Part shown: in pieces, positions 31,741 to 42,900 of the stretch
Position numbering within the stretch: the stretch's first letter is position 1
Layout of the letters: each line of letters begins with the position of its first letter
Source of the DNA: Abditibacterium sp.
Lineage (GTDB): Bacteria > Armatimonadota > Abditibacteriia > Abditibacteriales > Abditibacteriaceae
Length of the DNA stretch: 64,000 nt
Assembly: GCA_965199495.1 (NCBI GenBank)
Contig: CBDASK010000003.1
Location: 1,792,001 to 1,856,000, forward strand
Direction of reading: 5' to 3'
The notes under the pieces: model-generated
Told to the model about the DNA's origin: nothing
Seen by the model: the letters and a program-made list of their open reading frames with translations, nothing else
Databases searched by the model: none
Program-made: the position numbers and the translations under genes

Positions 31741-32409
31741 ATGAAACGCGGTTTTACTCTGCTCGAAGTTCTGGTCGTGCTTTTTGTCGTCTGCATTTTG
31801 GCGGCGTTCTTGTTTCCAGTCGGCAGCAGGTCGCGTGAAAGTGCGCGGCGCATTTCGTGTCAGTCGAACTTAAAGCAAATCGGATTGGGCTTCCTACAAT
31901 ACGAGCGCGATTACGACGAAAAACATCCGCTCGCCTACGCCGACGATGATGCTTCGGGCACTTACGACGCCAGTCTTGATCGCGGTTGGATGCAGATCGT
32001 TCAGCCTTATATCAAAAGCACGCAAGTTTTCCAATGTCCGAGCGAACTGGCGAGTTATTCTCCGCCACTGCGCGCGACCGATTATTGGTATAGCGCGACG
32101 ATTTCGCAGACCAAACAGTTGACCGATGTGGCGAAACCCGCGCAAACCGTGTTGTGCGGCGACGGCATCGGAATGCCCGCCGCCTTTGTCGCGACGCATG
32201 GCGCAATTGCTTACAATGGCAACGCGCCCGCGCTCAAATATAACGGCGACATTTGGGACACGACGGAGAAAACCAACGGTCAGGGCGGGCGGCGCCATTT
32301 GGACGGCCTGAACTTTCTGTTTTGCGATGGCCACGTCAAATGGCTCAAGCCCGAAAACGTCGGCGCGGCGAAAGTGAGCGCAGGCGGGCCGACGTTTCGC
32401 GTGAAGTGA
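31741..32409 (+). CDS. Prepilin-type N-terminal cleavage / DUF1559 / H-X9-DG protein
   Basis: [34 protein letters not shown]. Confidence 0.9.
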   Translation: MKRGFTLLEVLVVLFVVCILAAFLFPVGSRSRESARRISCQSNLKQIGLGFLQYERDYDEKHPLAYADDDASGTYDASLDRGWMQIVQPYIKSTQVFQCPSELASYSPPLRATDYWYSATISQTKQLTDVAKPAQTVLCGDGIGMPAAFVATHGAIAYNGNAPALKYNGDIWDTTEKTNGQGGRRHLDGLNFLFCDGHVKWLKPENVGAAKVSAGGPTFRVK

Positions 32410-32549
32410 ATTTGCTAAATGTCTGTGCGTAGCGCGCACAGACTTGTAGCTCAGCGGAGTTGATTCTGCGAAACATCAAAGGCGCGCTCTGCGCGAGTTG
32501 ATTTACCTATTCGCGCTCCAAATCAAAAAAGAGTTAGCCTTAAATTCCC

Positions 32550-34070
32550 ATGATTCAATTGAAACCCTCCGAAATTTGGTTTGTGACCGGCAGCCAGCAT
32601 TTGTATGGCCCCGAAACTTTGCAACAAGTCGCCGCCAACGCGCAGCAAATTGCGCGCGGTTTGGACGACGCGGGTTTGCCATTGAACGTCGTTTTTAAGC
32701 CGATTGTCACCACGCCCGAAGAGATTCGCGCGTTGTGCTTGGAAGCGACGAATGCGCCGCAGTGCGCCGGAATACTCGCGTGGATGCACACGTTTTCGCC
32801 CGCCAAAATGTGGATCGGCGGCCTGAAAGTTCTCGATAAACCGTTGCTGCATTTGCACACGCAGTTCAACCGCGATTTGCCGTGGGGCGAAATTGACATG
32901 GATTTTATGAATCTGAATCAAGCCGCGCATGGCGACCGCGAGTTCGGTTTCATCGGCGCGCGCATGAGAATCGCTCGCAAAATTGTCGTCGGTTATTGGG
33001 AAGACGGGGAAGTCCAAAAACGTATCGCGGTTTGGATGGGCGCCGCCCGTGGCTGGCACGATTGGCAGGGCGCGCGATTGGCACGTTTGGGTGATAATAT
33101 GCGTTATGTCGCCGTGACCGACGGCGATAAAGTCGCGGCGGAAATGCGTTTCGGCTTCATGGTCAACGGCTACGGCATCGGCGATTTGGTCGAACGCGTC
33201 GAAGCGATTTCGGACGCCGCGACCGACGATTTAATCGAGCGATACGAAAACGAATATGATGTCGCGGACAACTTGCGTGTAGGCGGCGACAAGCATCAGA
33301 GTTTGCGCGACGGCGCGCGTATCGAATTAGGTTTGCGCGATTTTCTGGAAAGCGAGAATTTCGTCGGCTTCACCGATTCATTCGAGGTTTTGCACGGCCT
33401 CAAACAGTTGCCCGGCTTGGCGGTTCAGCGTTTGATGAATGACGGCTACGGATTCGGCGGCGAAGGCGATTGGAAAACGAGCGCTTTAGTGCGCGCGATG
33501 AAAGTCATGGCGGTTGGATTGGAGGGCGGCACCAGTTTCATGGAGGATTACACCTATCATTTGCATCCGGGCGGCCATCAGGTTTTGGGTTCGCACATGC
33601 TCGAAATTTGCCCATCTATAACTTCGGGCGCGGCGGGCAAGCCAAAATTGGAAGTGCATCCATTAGGAATCGGCGGCAAAGAAGACCCGGTTCGGCTGGT
33701 TTTCGACGTGCCGTCTGGCCCGGCGATTAACGCTTCGATTGTGGATTTGGGCAATCGTTTTCGCTTGGTGGTCAACGATGTCGAATGCGTGGCGCCGCCG
33801 CAGGATTTGCCCAAATTACCGGTCGCGCGCGCTCTCTGGGAATGTCTGCCCGACTTCAAAACCGCTTGCGCCGCCTGGATTACGGCGGGCGGCGCGCATC
33901 ACACTGGTTTTTCGCAGGCGTTGACGAGCGAACACATGGAAGATTTCGCCGAAATTGCCGGTTTGGAGTTCGTGCCGATTGACGCGCAAACCACGATGCG
34001 CGGATTCAAACAAGATTTGCGCACCAACGAAATTTATTATCATCTGGCGCAGGGTTTGGGAGGCGTTTAA
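32550..34070 (+). CDS. araA: L-arabinose isomerase
   Basis: [34 protein letters not shown] and GGAHH motifs. Confidence 0.97.
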   Translation: MIQLKPSEIWFVTGSQHLYGPETLQQVAANAQQIARGLDDAGLPLNVVFKPIVTTPEEIRALCLEATNAPQCAGILAWMHTFSPAKMWIGGLKVLDKPLLHLHTQFNRDLPWGEIDMDFMNLNQAAHGDREFGFIGARMRIARKIVVGYWEDGEVQKRIAVWMGAARGWHDWQGARLARLGDNMRYVAVTDGDKVAAEMRFGFMVNGYGIGDLVERVEAISDAATDDLIERYENEYDVADNLRVGGDKHQSLRDGARIELGLRDFLESENFVGFTDSFEVLHGLKQLPGLAVQRLMNDGYGFGGEGDWKTSALVRAMKVMAVGLEGGTSFMEDYTYHLHPGGHQVLGSHMLEICPSITSGAAGKPKLEVHPLGIGGKEDPVRLVFDVPSGPAINASIVDLGNRFRLVVNDVECVAPPQDLPKLPVARALWECLPDFKTACAAWITAGGAHHTGFSQALTSEHMEDFAEIAGLEFVPIDAQTTMRGFKQDLRTNEIYYHLAQGLGGV

Positions 34071-35078
34071 ATGAAAACTCAACTCGCCGTAAGATTGCAC
34101 GGCCCCGCCGATTTGCGCGTCGAAAACGTGCCATTTTCCGACTCACTTAGGCCCGACGAAGTCTTACTGCGCATAGCAGCCACGGGCGTGTGCGGCAGCG
34201 ATTTGCATCCCTACGAAACCGGCTCCATCGGCTCGACGACGCTCAATGCGCCTTTGATTATGGGCCACGAATTTAGCGGCGTTGTCGAAAAACTCGGCGC
34301 GAATGTCGAGAATTTGAACGTCGGCGCGCGCGTGGCTGTTGATCCGGCGTGGGTTTGTGGACAGTGTCGCGAGTGTTTGAGCGGGCATCAAAACTTGTGT
34401 CGCAAGCAGCGATTTTGTGGGTTGGCGCCCAACGATGGCAGTTTGCAAGAGCGCATCGTGGCGCCCGCGCGCTTTTGTCACGCGGTTTCGGAAAACATCA
34501 GCGATGCCGAAGCGGCGCTGTTGGAACCTCTGGGCATCGCGCTTCATGCGACCGATTTGGCGCGCATTCGAGTTGGTTGTAAAGTCGCGATTTTGGGCGC
34601 CGGGCCGATTGGTTTGTGTCTGGCGCAAACCGTCCGATTGACGGGCGCGACGACGGTTTGGATCGCGGATATATTGGAATATCGCCAGCAGTTCGCGGCG
34701 CGTTTTGGCGCCCAATCGTTGCCCAACGGTGCCGAAGCGGATGTCGTCATCGAAGCGGCTTGGGCGCGCGAATCGGTTGAGCGCGCGATGGAAATCGTGC
34801 GGCCCGGCGGGACGGTCGTTTTGGTCGGCATTCCGTTCGAGGACAGCGTCACGTTTTCGCATTCGGTCGCGCGCCGCAAAGGGTTGACGATTCTGATGAG
34901 CCGCCGCATGAACCAGACTTATCCACGCGCGATTTCGCTTGTGGAAAGCGGCGCGGTTGATTTAAAAAGTTTGGTGACCCATCGTTTTCCGCTCGCGCAA
35001 ACGCCCGACGCGTTTCGACTCAACGCGCAATATAAGGATGAAGTCATTAAAATTATCATCGAAAATGCAACCCCATAA
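34071..35078 (+). CDS. Zn-dependent (MDR) polyol dehydrogenase, sorbitol/arabitol-DH-like
   Basis: CGSD, GHE, CxxCxxC-x7-C and GAGPIG motifs. Confidence 0.9.
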   Translation: MKTQLAVRLHGPADLRVENVPFSDSLRPDEVLLRIAATGVCGSDLHPYETGSIGSTTLNAPLIMGHEFSGVVEKLGANVENLNVGARVAVDPAWVCGQCRECLSGHQNLCRKQRFCGLAPNDGSLQERIVAPARFCHAVSENISDAEAALLEPLGIALHATDLARIRVGCKVAILGAGPIGLCLAQTVRLTGATTVWIADILEYRQQFAARFGAQSLPNGAEADVVIEAAWARESVERAMEIVRPGGTVVLVGIPFEDSVTFSHSVARRKGLTILMSRRMNQTYPRAISLVESGAVDLKSLVTHRFPLAQTPDAFRLNAQYKDEVIKIIIENATP

Positions 35079-36732
35079 TCAATACGCCATCGGTTTGGAT
35101 TACGGCACCAACTCGGTGCGCGCGCTACTCGTCAATACAGCCACCGGCGCCGAACTCGGCGACGCGACGTGGAATTATGCGCATGGAACAAACGGCGTCG
35201 TGCTGGCGCGCGACCCGAATTTGGCGCGCCAACATCCCGCCGATTATCTGGAAGGCGCTGAGAAAACGATTCGCGAAGTTTTGAAAATCGCGCGCGTAAA
35301 CGTCGCGGGTTTTTCGCCCGATCAAGTCGTCGGCATCGGTGTGGACACGACCGGTTCGACACCATTGCCCGTTGGTAAAGGCGGCCAGCCGCTCGCGTTT
35401 GAAGAAAAATTTGCCGATAACGTCAACGCGTTGGCATGGCTGTGGAAAGATCACACTTCGATTGACGAAGCGGCCCAAATCACCGAATTGGCCGCGCGAA
35501 TGCGGCCCGAATATTTGGCGAAGTGCGGCGGCACTTATTCGAGCGAATGGTATTTCGCCAAAGTTTTGCATTGCCTGAGGGTGGACGAAGCCGTTTTTGA
35601 CGAGGCGCATCGCTGGGTCGAAATCGCCGATTGGATTCCGGCGATGCTGAGCGGAACTGGCGACGCCGAGAATATGAAAACCGGCGTGTGCGCGGCGGGC
35701 CACAAAGCGATGTTCAACGCCGATTGGGGCGGTTTTCCCGACGCCGAATTTTTGGGCGCACTGCATCCCAAACTCGCGCAACTGCGCGAACGCATGCCCG
35801 CCGTGGCTGCTACCGTGGACACGCCCGTCGGAGGATTAACCCCGAAATGGGCCGAGAAAACCGGTTTAAAAGCGGGCACGCCCATCGCCGTCGGCGCCTT
35901 CGATGCGCATTTGGGCGGCATCGGAGCGGGCATCGAACCGGGCACTTTGGTGAAAACTTTGGGCACTTCGACCTGCGATTTGATGGTGGTTTCGGGCGAG
36001 CAGGAATTGAAAGATATTCCCGGTTTGTGCGGCATCGTGATGGGCAGCATTTTGCCCGGTTATCATGGCCTCGAAGCCGGGCAAAGCGCGGTCGGCGATA
36101 TTTTCAACTGGTTCGTCGAATATCTCAAAACCGGGACACACGAAGAACTGACGCGCGGCGCGGGAGAACTTACAGCGGGCGAATCGGGTTTGGTCGCGCT
36201 CGATTGGAACAACGGCAATCGCACGATTTTGGTAGATCAGCGTTTGACCGGACTGCTCATCGGCCAGACGCTCTATACCACGCCCGCCGAAATTTATCGC
36301 GCTTTGATCGAAGCCACGGCGTTTGGCGCCTTGACGATTATCAACCGATTGGAAGAATATGGCGTGCAAGTCGAGCGCGTGGTGAATTGCGGCGGCATCG
36401 CCGAAAAAAATGCGGTCGCCATGCAGATTTACGCCGATATTATCGGGCGCCCGATGTTAGTTTCGCGTTCGAGCCAGACTTGCGCGTTGGGCGCCGCCAT
36501 CGCCGGAGCGGTCGCGGCGGGCGTTTACCCCGATATTCCGGGCGCGCAAAAAGCGATGACTGGTCTCAAAGAAATGGTTTATACGCCAGACAAAAATGCG
36601 CATGAAATTTATCAACGGCTTTACGCGATTTACCGGCAGTTGCACGACGCGTTTGGAACCAAAAGTTGGAATGGCAATTTGAGCAACGTGATGAAAGATT
36701 TGCTCGACATCCGCGACGAGGCGCGCAAATGA
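35065..36732 (+). CDS. araB: Ribulokinase
   Basis: IGLDYGTNSVR, DTTGSTPLP, LWKDHT, YSSEW and GLEAGQSAVGD motifs. Confidence 0.95.
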   Translation: MQPHNQYAIGLDYGTNSVRALLVNTATGAELGDATWNYAHGTNGVVLARDPNLARQHPADYLEGAEKTIREVLKIARVNVAGFSPDQVVGIGVDTTGSTPLPVGKGGQPLAFEEKFADNVNALAWLWKDHTSIDEAAQITELAARMRPEYLAKCGGTYSSEWYFAKVLHCLRVDEAVFDEAHRWVEIADWIPAMLSGTGDAENMKTGVCAAGHKAMFNADWGGFPDAEFLGALHPKLAQLRERMPAVAATVDTPVGGLTPKWAEKTGLKAGTPIAVGAFDAHLGGIGAGIEPGTLVKTLGTSTCDLMVVSGEQELKDIPGLCGIVMGSILPGYHGLEAGQSAVGDIFNWFVEYLKTGTHEELTRGAGELTAGESGLVALDWNNGNRTILVDQRLTGLLIGQTLYTTPAEIYRALIEATAFGALTIINRLEEYGVQVERVVNCGGIAEKNAVAMQIYADIIGRPMLVSRSSQTCALGAAIAGAVAAGVYPDIPGAQKAMTGLKEMVYTPDKNAHEIYQRLYAIYRQLHDAFGTKSWNGNLSNVMKDLLDIRDEARK

Positions 36733-36749
36733 AGGAATGATTGCAAATA

Positions 36750-36840
36750 CCCCGTAGAGACACCGACTTGTCGTGTCTAAAACGTCATAATTGCGGTCAA
36801 ATTGACGTTTTAGACACGACAAGTCGGTGTCTCTACGGGG
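36750..36840. repeat. REPIN-like element, family A, between araB and araD
   Basis: Perfect arms CCCCGTAGAGACACCGACTTGTCGTGTCTAAAACGTCA / TGACGTTTTAGACACGACAAGTCGGTGTCTCTACGGGG. Confidence 0.88.
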
Positions 36841-36892
36841 TTTATCCGAGCATACTCCTGTAAGATTGCGCAAATTCCCAAACTCAAATATC

Positions 36893-37588
36893 ATGTTGGA
36901 ACAACTTAAACAACAGGTCTGCGCGGCCAACTTGAAACTCGTCAGCGAAGGTTTGGTTATCCAAACGTGGGGCAACGTTTCGGGTGTTGACCGAGATAGC
37001 GGACATTTGGTGATTAAACCGTCGGGCGTGCCTTATGCAGAAATGAAAGCTGAACAAATGATTGTCGTTTCGCTCGAAAGCGGCCACGTCGTCGAGGGCG
37101 ATTTAAATCCGTCGTCCGACACGCCGACGCACCGCGCGCTTTATCGGGCGTTTGCCGAAATTGGTGGTATCGTTCACACGCACTCGCTTTACGGCACAGC
37201 GTGGGCGCAGGCCGGGCGCGATATTCCGGCTTACGGCACCACGCACGCCGATTATTTCGCGGGCGCGATTCCCTGCACGCGCCTCATGACGCCCGACGAA
37301 ATCGCGGGCGAATACGAATGGGAAACCGGAAATGTCATCGTTGAGCGCTTTAACGGAATAAATCCAACCCATTTCCCCGGCGTTTTGGTCGCCTCGCACG
37401 CGCCGTTCGCGTGGGGAAAAACGCCCGACAAAGCCGTCGAAAACGCGGTCGTTCTGGAAAACATCGCGCATCTGGCCTCAGAGACTTTGCACATTCGCGC
37501 CGATGTTGAAATCATGCAGCAGGAATTGTTAGACAAACATTTTGAGCGCAAGCACGGCGCGAATGCCTATTACGGGCAGAAAAAATAA
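36893..37588 (+). CDS. araD: L-ribulose-5-phosphate 4-epimerase
   Basis: [32 protein letters not shown] and HGANAYYGQ motifs. Confidence 0.96.
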   Translation: MLEQLKQQVCAANLKLVSEGLVIQTWGNVSGVDRDSGHLVIKPSGVPYAEMKAEQMIVVSLESGHVVEGDLNPSSDTPTHRALYRAFAEIGGIVHTHSLYGTAWAQAGRDIPAYGTTHADYFAGAIPCTRLMTPDEIAGEYEWETGNVIVERFNGINPTHFPGVLVASHAPFAWGKTPDKAVENAVVLENIAHLASETLHIRADVEIMQQELLDKHFERKHGANAYYGQKK

Positions 37589-37723
37589 CGCGGCGTGCGC
37601 GGGGAGAATGTTCTAAAATTAATCAGTGATATTGATTTAAATAATTTTGCGAACTCAGAATGAGATAGGAGCAACTGCGTGATTCCTTTTAGAAATGTGC
37701 GCGTTGGAGCGACGGTCTAAATT

Positions 37724-39769
37724 ATGGCAATCTCTTCTCCCCCTCAGTCCATTTCCGACTCCCCAATAGTTTCTTCCAAGCATGATCGCGGCGTGACACC
37801 GCGCGTGGTGATTTTGTCGTTGCTGCTGGCGGCTTTTTTCGCTTACGTCATCCCGGTCATTGACTACAAATTTTTCAATACCTTTTTGGGCGCGACGCAC
37901 CTGCCACCGGGCGCCGTTGGCGCGTTGATTTTGTTGCTTTTAGTCGTCAATCCGCTATTGCGCGTGCTTTCGGCCAAGTTGGCGCTGGCGCGCAACGAAG
38001 TTTTGACGGTCTATCTGACCTGTCTATTTTCGACTTTAACCGTCGGCATCGGCGGCAACAATTATTTCGTTTCGTTTATCATTGGCTCGTTTTATTATTC
38101 GACGCGCGAGAACAAGTGGTTCGATGCGCTCAAAGGTTTGCCATCGTGGTTTACGCCCGCGCTGGGCGCCGATGGAAGTTACAATCGCGCCCTCGTCGAG
38201 AATTGGTATACCGGCATCAATGCGACGCAATCGGTGCCGTGGAGCGCGTGGCTGGTGCCGCTGTGCGCGTGGGGATTATTTTTCGCGGCGGCGTTTTGGA
38301 TGATGGCGTGTCTGGGCGTGATGCTGCGCGCGCAGTGGGGCGACCACGAGGTTCTCTCGTTTCCGCTCTTGCGCTTGCCGCTCGAAATGACGCGCGATAT
38401 GGACGAAAACACGCGCAAGATTCCACCGTTTTTCCGAGATTCGCTGATGTGGTGCGGCTTTGCCATCGTCGTGTTCATTCAGGGTCTCAACGGCCTCAAC
38501 CTCTATTTTCCCGATTTTCCCACGGTGCCGCTCAGCATTGACACCGGGCCGCTTTTGACCGAAGCGCCGTGGAATCAGGTGCCCGGCCTGGGACTGCAAA
38601 TTTGGCCGATTGCCGTCGGCATTTCCTATTTGCTAACCGCCGAAGTCGCGTTTTCGCTGTGGGCGTTTTTCCTGATGTTCAAAATGCAATACATTTTGGC
38701 CTACACGCTGGGATTTCCACCGAACTCGTTGCCCAACGTGCCGCAATCGGGCGATAAAGTTTTCATTGGCTATCAGGAAGTCGGCGCTTACTTGGCTTAT
38801 GCCGTCTTGATTTTCTGGGGCGCGCGCCGCCATTTCGCCCACATCTGGCGCCGCGCGATGGGCCGCGAGCGCGCTGGAACGGTCGAGAAAACCGAAGCCC
38901 TGCCCTATCCGGTCGCGTTTTGGGGCTTTATTGTGGGCTTCCTCGTGATGACCGCATGGGGCGTGGCTGCTGGCATGAGCCTGAGTCTTTCGATTTTGCT
39001 GTGGATTTCGTATGTTGTCATCGCCGTGGTTTTGTCGCGCGTCGTCGCCGAGGGCGGCTTGTTGTTCGTGCATCACACTTGGTCGCCGCTCAGCAGTCTG
39101 GCGGGCCTCATCGGTCAGGGGCCGGGCACGTTGCTTTCGCCTGCGGCGGGCGTGGCCAACGCCGCGTTTGTCGAAGTCGCGACGATCCAAGATTTCCGCG
39201 CCAGCCTAATGCCCTCGTTTGTGCAATCGTTCAAGCTGGCGCACGACCGAGGCATCGCCGCGCGTCCGCTTTTGTGGCTGATTGGCGCAGTGATTACGGT
39301 CGGCATGATCGTCGGTTTCATGATGAACGTGAACATGGGTTATCATGGCGGCGGCGGTCTGGCATTGCAGGGCTGGCTGAAAACTGCGGGGCCGCGCGCG
39401 GCGGCGGGCAACGCTTACGGCATGGCCAACACAACGGTGAACGGCGATCCGATAGCGTGGATTTTTACCGGCGTTGGCATCGCGGTTATCGCCATCACGA
39501 TGCTGATGCGCGCGCGTTTCGCGTGGTGGCCATTTCACCCGCTGGGTTATTTAATGGCGACGAGTTATCCAGCGCACGCGTTCTGGTTCTCGATTTTTCT
39601 GGGCTGGCTCGCCAAAACGCTCATTTCGCGTTACGGCGGTAGCGAAACCAGCCGCCGCGCCCTGCCATTTTTCCTCGGCCTCGCGTTGGGCGATGTGATG
39701 ATGATGCTGTTCTGGATTGGCGTGGATGGCTACTTTGGCCGCACCGGACACCAACTCATGCCTGGGTAG
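37724..39769 (+). CDS. Polytopic membrane protein, OPT-like (DUF6785/DUF6784-type)
   Basis: Many TM helices; QW...E.LSFPL, WWPFHPLGY and PFFLGLALGD motifs. Confidence 0.7.
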   Translation: MAISSPPQSISDSPIVSSKHDRGVTPRVVILSLLLAAFFAYVIPVIDYKFFNTFLGATHLPPGAVGALILLLLVVNPLLRVLSAKLALARNEVLTVYLTCLFSTLTVGIGGNNYFVSFIIGSFYYSTRENKWFDALKGLPSWFTPALGADGSYNRALVENWYTGINATQSVPWSAWLVPLCAWGLFFAAAFWMMACLGVMLRAQWGDHEVLSFPLLRLPLEMTRDMDENTRKIPPFFRDSLMWCGFAIVVFIQGLNGLNLYFPDFPTVPLSIDTGPLLTEAPWNQVPGLGLQIWPIAVGISYLLTAEVAFSLWAFFLMFKMQYILAYTLGFPPNSLPNVPQSGDKVFIGYQEVGAYLAYAVLIFWGARRHFAHIWRRAMGRERAGTVEKTEALPYPVAFWGFIVGFLVMTAWGVAAGMSLSLSILLWISYVVIAVVLSRVVAEGGLLFVHHTWSPLSSLAGLIGQGPGTLLSPAAGVANAAFVEVATIQDFRASLMPSFVQSFKLAHDRGIAARPLLWLIGAVITVGMIVGFMMNVNMGYHGGGGLALQGWLKTAGPRAAAGNAYGMANTTVNGDPIAWIFTGVGIAVIAITMLMRARFAWWPFHPLGYLMATSYPAHAFWFSIFLGWLAKTLISRYGGSETSRRALPFFLGLALGDVMMMLFWIGVDGYFGRTGHQLMPG

Positions 39770-39804
39770 TTGGGAATTAGAGTCGGGTAGAAATTCATTT
39801 ATTC

Positions 39805-39944
39805 TATAGCGCTTCCTACTGAAGAAGCTACAATATCCAGTGGGGCTGACGTCCTCTTCCAATCGGCGGAGTTCATCGAAAGACTGCCGATAGGAAGAGG
39901 GCGTCAGCCCCGCTGCTGTAGCTTCTAAATCAGGAAGCGCTATA
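39805..39944. mobile_element. MITE-like element with TATAGCGCTTCCT terminal inverted repeats and a family B core
   Basis: TATAGCGCTTCCT ... AGGAAGCGCTATA enclosing GGGGCTGACGTCCTCTTCCAATCGG...GGAAGAGGGCGTCAGCCCC. Confidence 0.7.
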
Positions 39945-39955
39945 TGAGTTTGTAA

Positions 39956-42900
39956 TCACACGTTCACCGCGCCCGATGGCAACACGGGAGGCGGCGCGTT
40001 GATCGGCAAAACCGCGCCCGTGTCCATCAGAGAGCAGAGATGGAAAATGCGCTCGACCTCGGCGACAGGCTGAGGGCGACCAAAAAAGTAACCCTGACAC
40101 TTATCGCAACCCAAATCTTGGAGATGCTCGATTTCGCCCGCCGTCTCGGCGCCCTCAGCCACGACGACGAGCTTGAGGGCGTGCGCAAGCGTCACCATCG
40201 AAGTCACGATGGCGCTGTTGTCGGGTTCGCTGTCAATGTTCGAGACGAATTGACGGTCAATTTTGAGATAATCGAACGGAAAAGCGCGCAGATAAGCCAG
40301 ACTGGAGTAGCCGGTGCCAAAGTCGTCAATCGCCAGCGTTAAACCCAGCGTTTTGAGTTCGTTCATTGTCGTCAAAACCTGCTTGGTGCGTTCGACGATG
40401 GCGCTTTCAGTGATTTCTAATATCAATTCACAGGGGTCTAAACCGCTTTGTTCCAAGGCGCGCGCCACCATTGGCACTACATCGGGCAGGTGAAGTTGGC
40501 GCGCCGAGATATTGACCGCCATGCTGAGCGGATGCGCGCTGTTGCGGTTCCACGCCACGGCCTGACGACAAGCGGCCTCCAAAACCTGAAAGCCCAACGG
40601 CACAATTAAGCCGTTTTCTTCGGCCAGCGCGATAAATTCGCTCGGCATCACCAGACCGCGCGTCGGATGATTCCAGCGCACGAGGGCTTCAAAGCCACTG
40701 ACGCGGTCGGCGCCTAAATCCCACGTCGGCTGAAAATACAGCTCGAACTCGCCGTTTTGCAGCGCGCGCCGCAGGTCGTTTTCCAATTCCAAACGTTGCA
40801 GAGCGTTGCCGCTCATACTCGTCTCGTAAATCGCGAAACAGGCTTTGCCGCGTCGCTTGGCCTCATACATCGCCGAGTCGGCGTGACGCAGCAGTTCGTC
40901 GGCGTTGCTGCGGTCTGTGCCCGAAAACGCGATCCCAATCGAGGGCGTGGTGAAAACTTCGTGGCCCTCGATCACAAACGGTTCGCGCATCGCTTCCAAA
41001 ACGCGCTCGGCCACCGTAATCGCGTAACCCGGCGCCTCCAAATCTTCGAGCAAAATCACGAACTCGTCGCCGCCAAAGCGCGCCGCCGTATCGCCCTCGC
41101 GGAGCGCCGCGCGCAATCGCTCGGCCAGCGCCACCAACAGTTCGTCGCCCGCGCTGTGGCCCAGCGAATCGTTGATATATTTGAAGTTATCCAGATCAAT
41201 GAAAATAATCGCGACCCGATCTTCGCCGCTACCGCGCCGTTGCAGCGCGTGTTCCAAGCGGTAGCGCACCAAAACGCGATTGGCCAAGTGCGTCAACGGA
41301 TCGTGGAACGCCTGATGCTTGAGCCGGTCTTCCAAAGCGCGCCGCTCGGTAATATCAGCCACCGACGCGACAATGCCGGAAAACAGACCGCGATCATCGA
41401 GTAGCGGCGCCGCGTTGAGCGACGCGATGATGGTGCGCCCGTCGGCACGGTCAATGCGAAACTCGAACTCATGCAACGCCTCACCCGTCGCCCGCACGAT
41501 TTGAAACGGATGCTTTCCGCCAGCGAATGCTTTGCCTTGCAGATCGAGCAAATTCCAGCGACCATCGTAAATCGTGCGTTCTTCGATGCTGTTGCGGTCG
41601 AGCGCGAAAGTGCGCTCGGCGGCGGCGTTGGCGAACTGGATTTGGCCTTCGGCGTTAATCACCAGAAAAGCGTCGGCGGCGGTCTCGAAGATGCGCTGCA
41701 AACTCTGGCGACTGGAACGCAACTCTTCTTCGTTGCGACGTTGTTCGGTGATGTCGGTGCAAACCGCCAGCAGGCGCGGCGCCCGGTCTTCCGAATCAAT
41801 CAAGCGTTGCAGCAAGCGTCCGCGCAAGCGCCAGACGCGGGTTTCGCCGTCGTATCGAATCAGGCGAAAATCAATTTCGATGGTTTCGCCCGCGCGCAGT
41901 GGCCGCAAGCAAGCGCGCCGCACCTGATTTTGGTCGGCGCTGTGAATATGCGCGATCCACGACTCAAAGGTGCGCTTCATGCCGCCTGCGCTGTGGCCCA
42001 TCATGCCGTCTATGTCGCCGTGCCATTCCAAAAAGTCGGCGCCGACTTTCCAAACCCAGAACGCATCGCCCGCGCCCAACGCCAACTGCGCCATTTGCAG
42101 TTGCAACGCCTCGCCCTGCCGGTGCCGCCGCGTCGCCGCGTCGAGGGCGCTCAACGCCCGATTGACGCCTTCGCCAAACTCCGACCATTCGTCGCGCCCG
42201 CCGAACTGCAACGGCGGCGCCTGTCCCTCGCGATGCACCGCTTCCAGATAGCGCCCAAAACGCGACAAACGGTAGCGATAAATCTCGCCCGGCACCAAAC
42301 CCAACAACAGCATCACCGCGCCCAGAGCGAGCAGCACAAGCGGCAAAAATGCCACAAAAGATCGCTCAGGCGCGCGCTCGCCGGGCGCGCCCAGAACAAA
42401 GAGCGGATTGCCATCGGCAGAGCGCACCAATTCATAGCCCATCACGGCATCGCCCGTCGAATCAAAAACATTGTCGCCAGCGAGATGGCGCCCGGAGCCA
42501 CCGGCACAACTGCCGGTGGCTCCGGTCGAAGACGCTTCCAGCAAATCATTGACGGCGGTCGGCGCTTGAGCGCACAGCCAAACCTTAACATCGCTCTTCG
42601 TCTCTTTCAAACTGCCGCGAATCTGAACCGGCAAAACGCGGCGCCCGATGACGATGGTGCCCTGCTTCACCTTCTGTTTTTCGATGGGCGCGGCACTCAA
42701 AACCCAAAGCTGATTGTTTTTCAGAAAGAACCTTCCGCGCGCCGTCTTGAGCGATTTGAGCAGGGGCAAACCGGGATCGAGTTGACCGCGAATCTCTGAC
42801 GGCAACGACGCCACCTTACCGTTTTTATCGAGATAAATCGCGCTTTTCACGCGGGCTTTGGCATCGAGAACCATTAAAACGCTCACATCAAAAGCGCGCA

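Noticed and set aside
32445..32500. tRNA-like start GTAGCTCAGCGG
   Set aside because: No TTCGA T-loop, acceptor stem or cloverleaf could be built.
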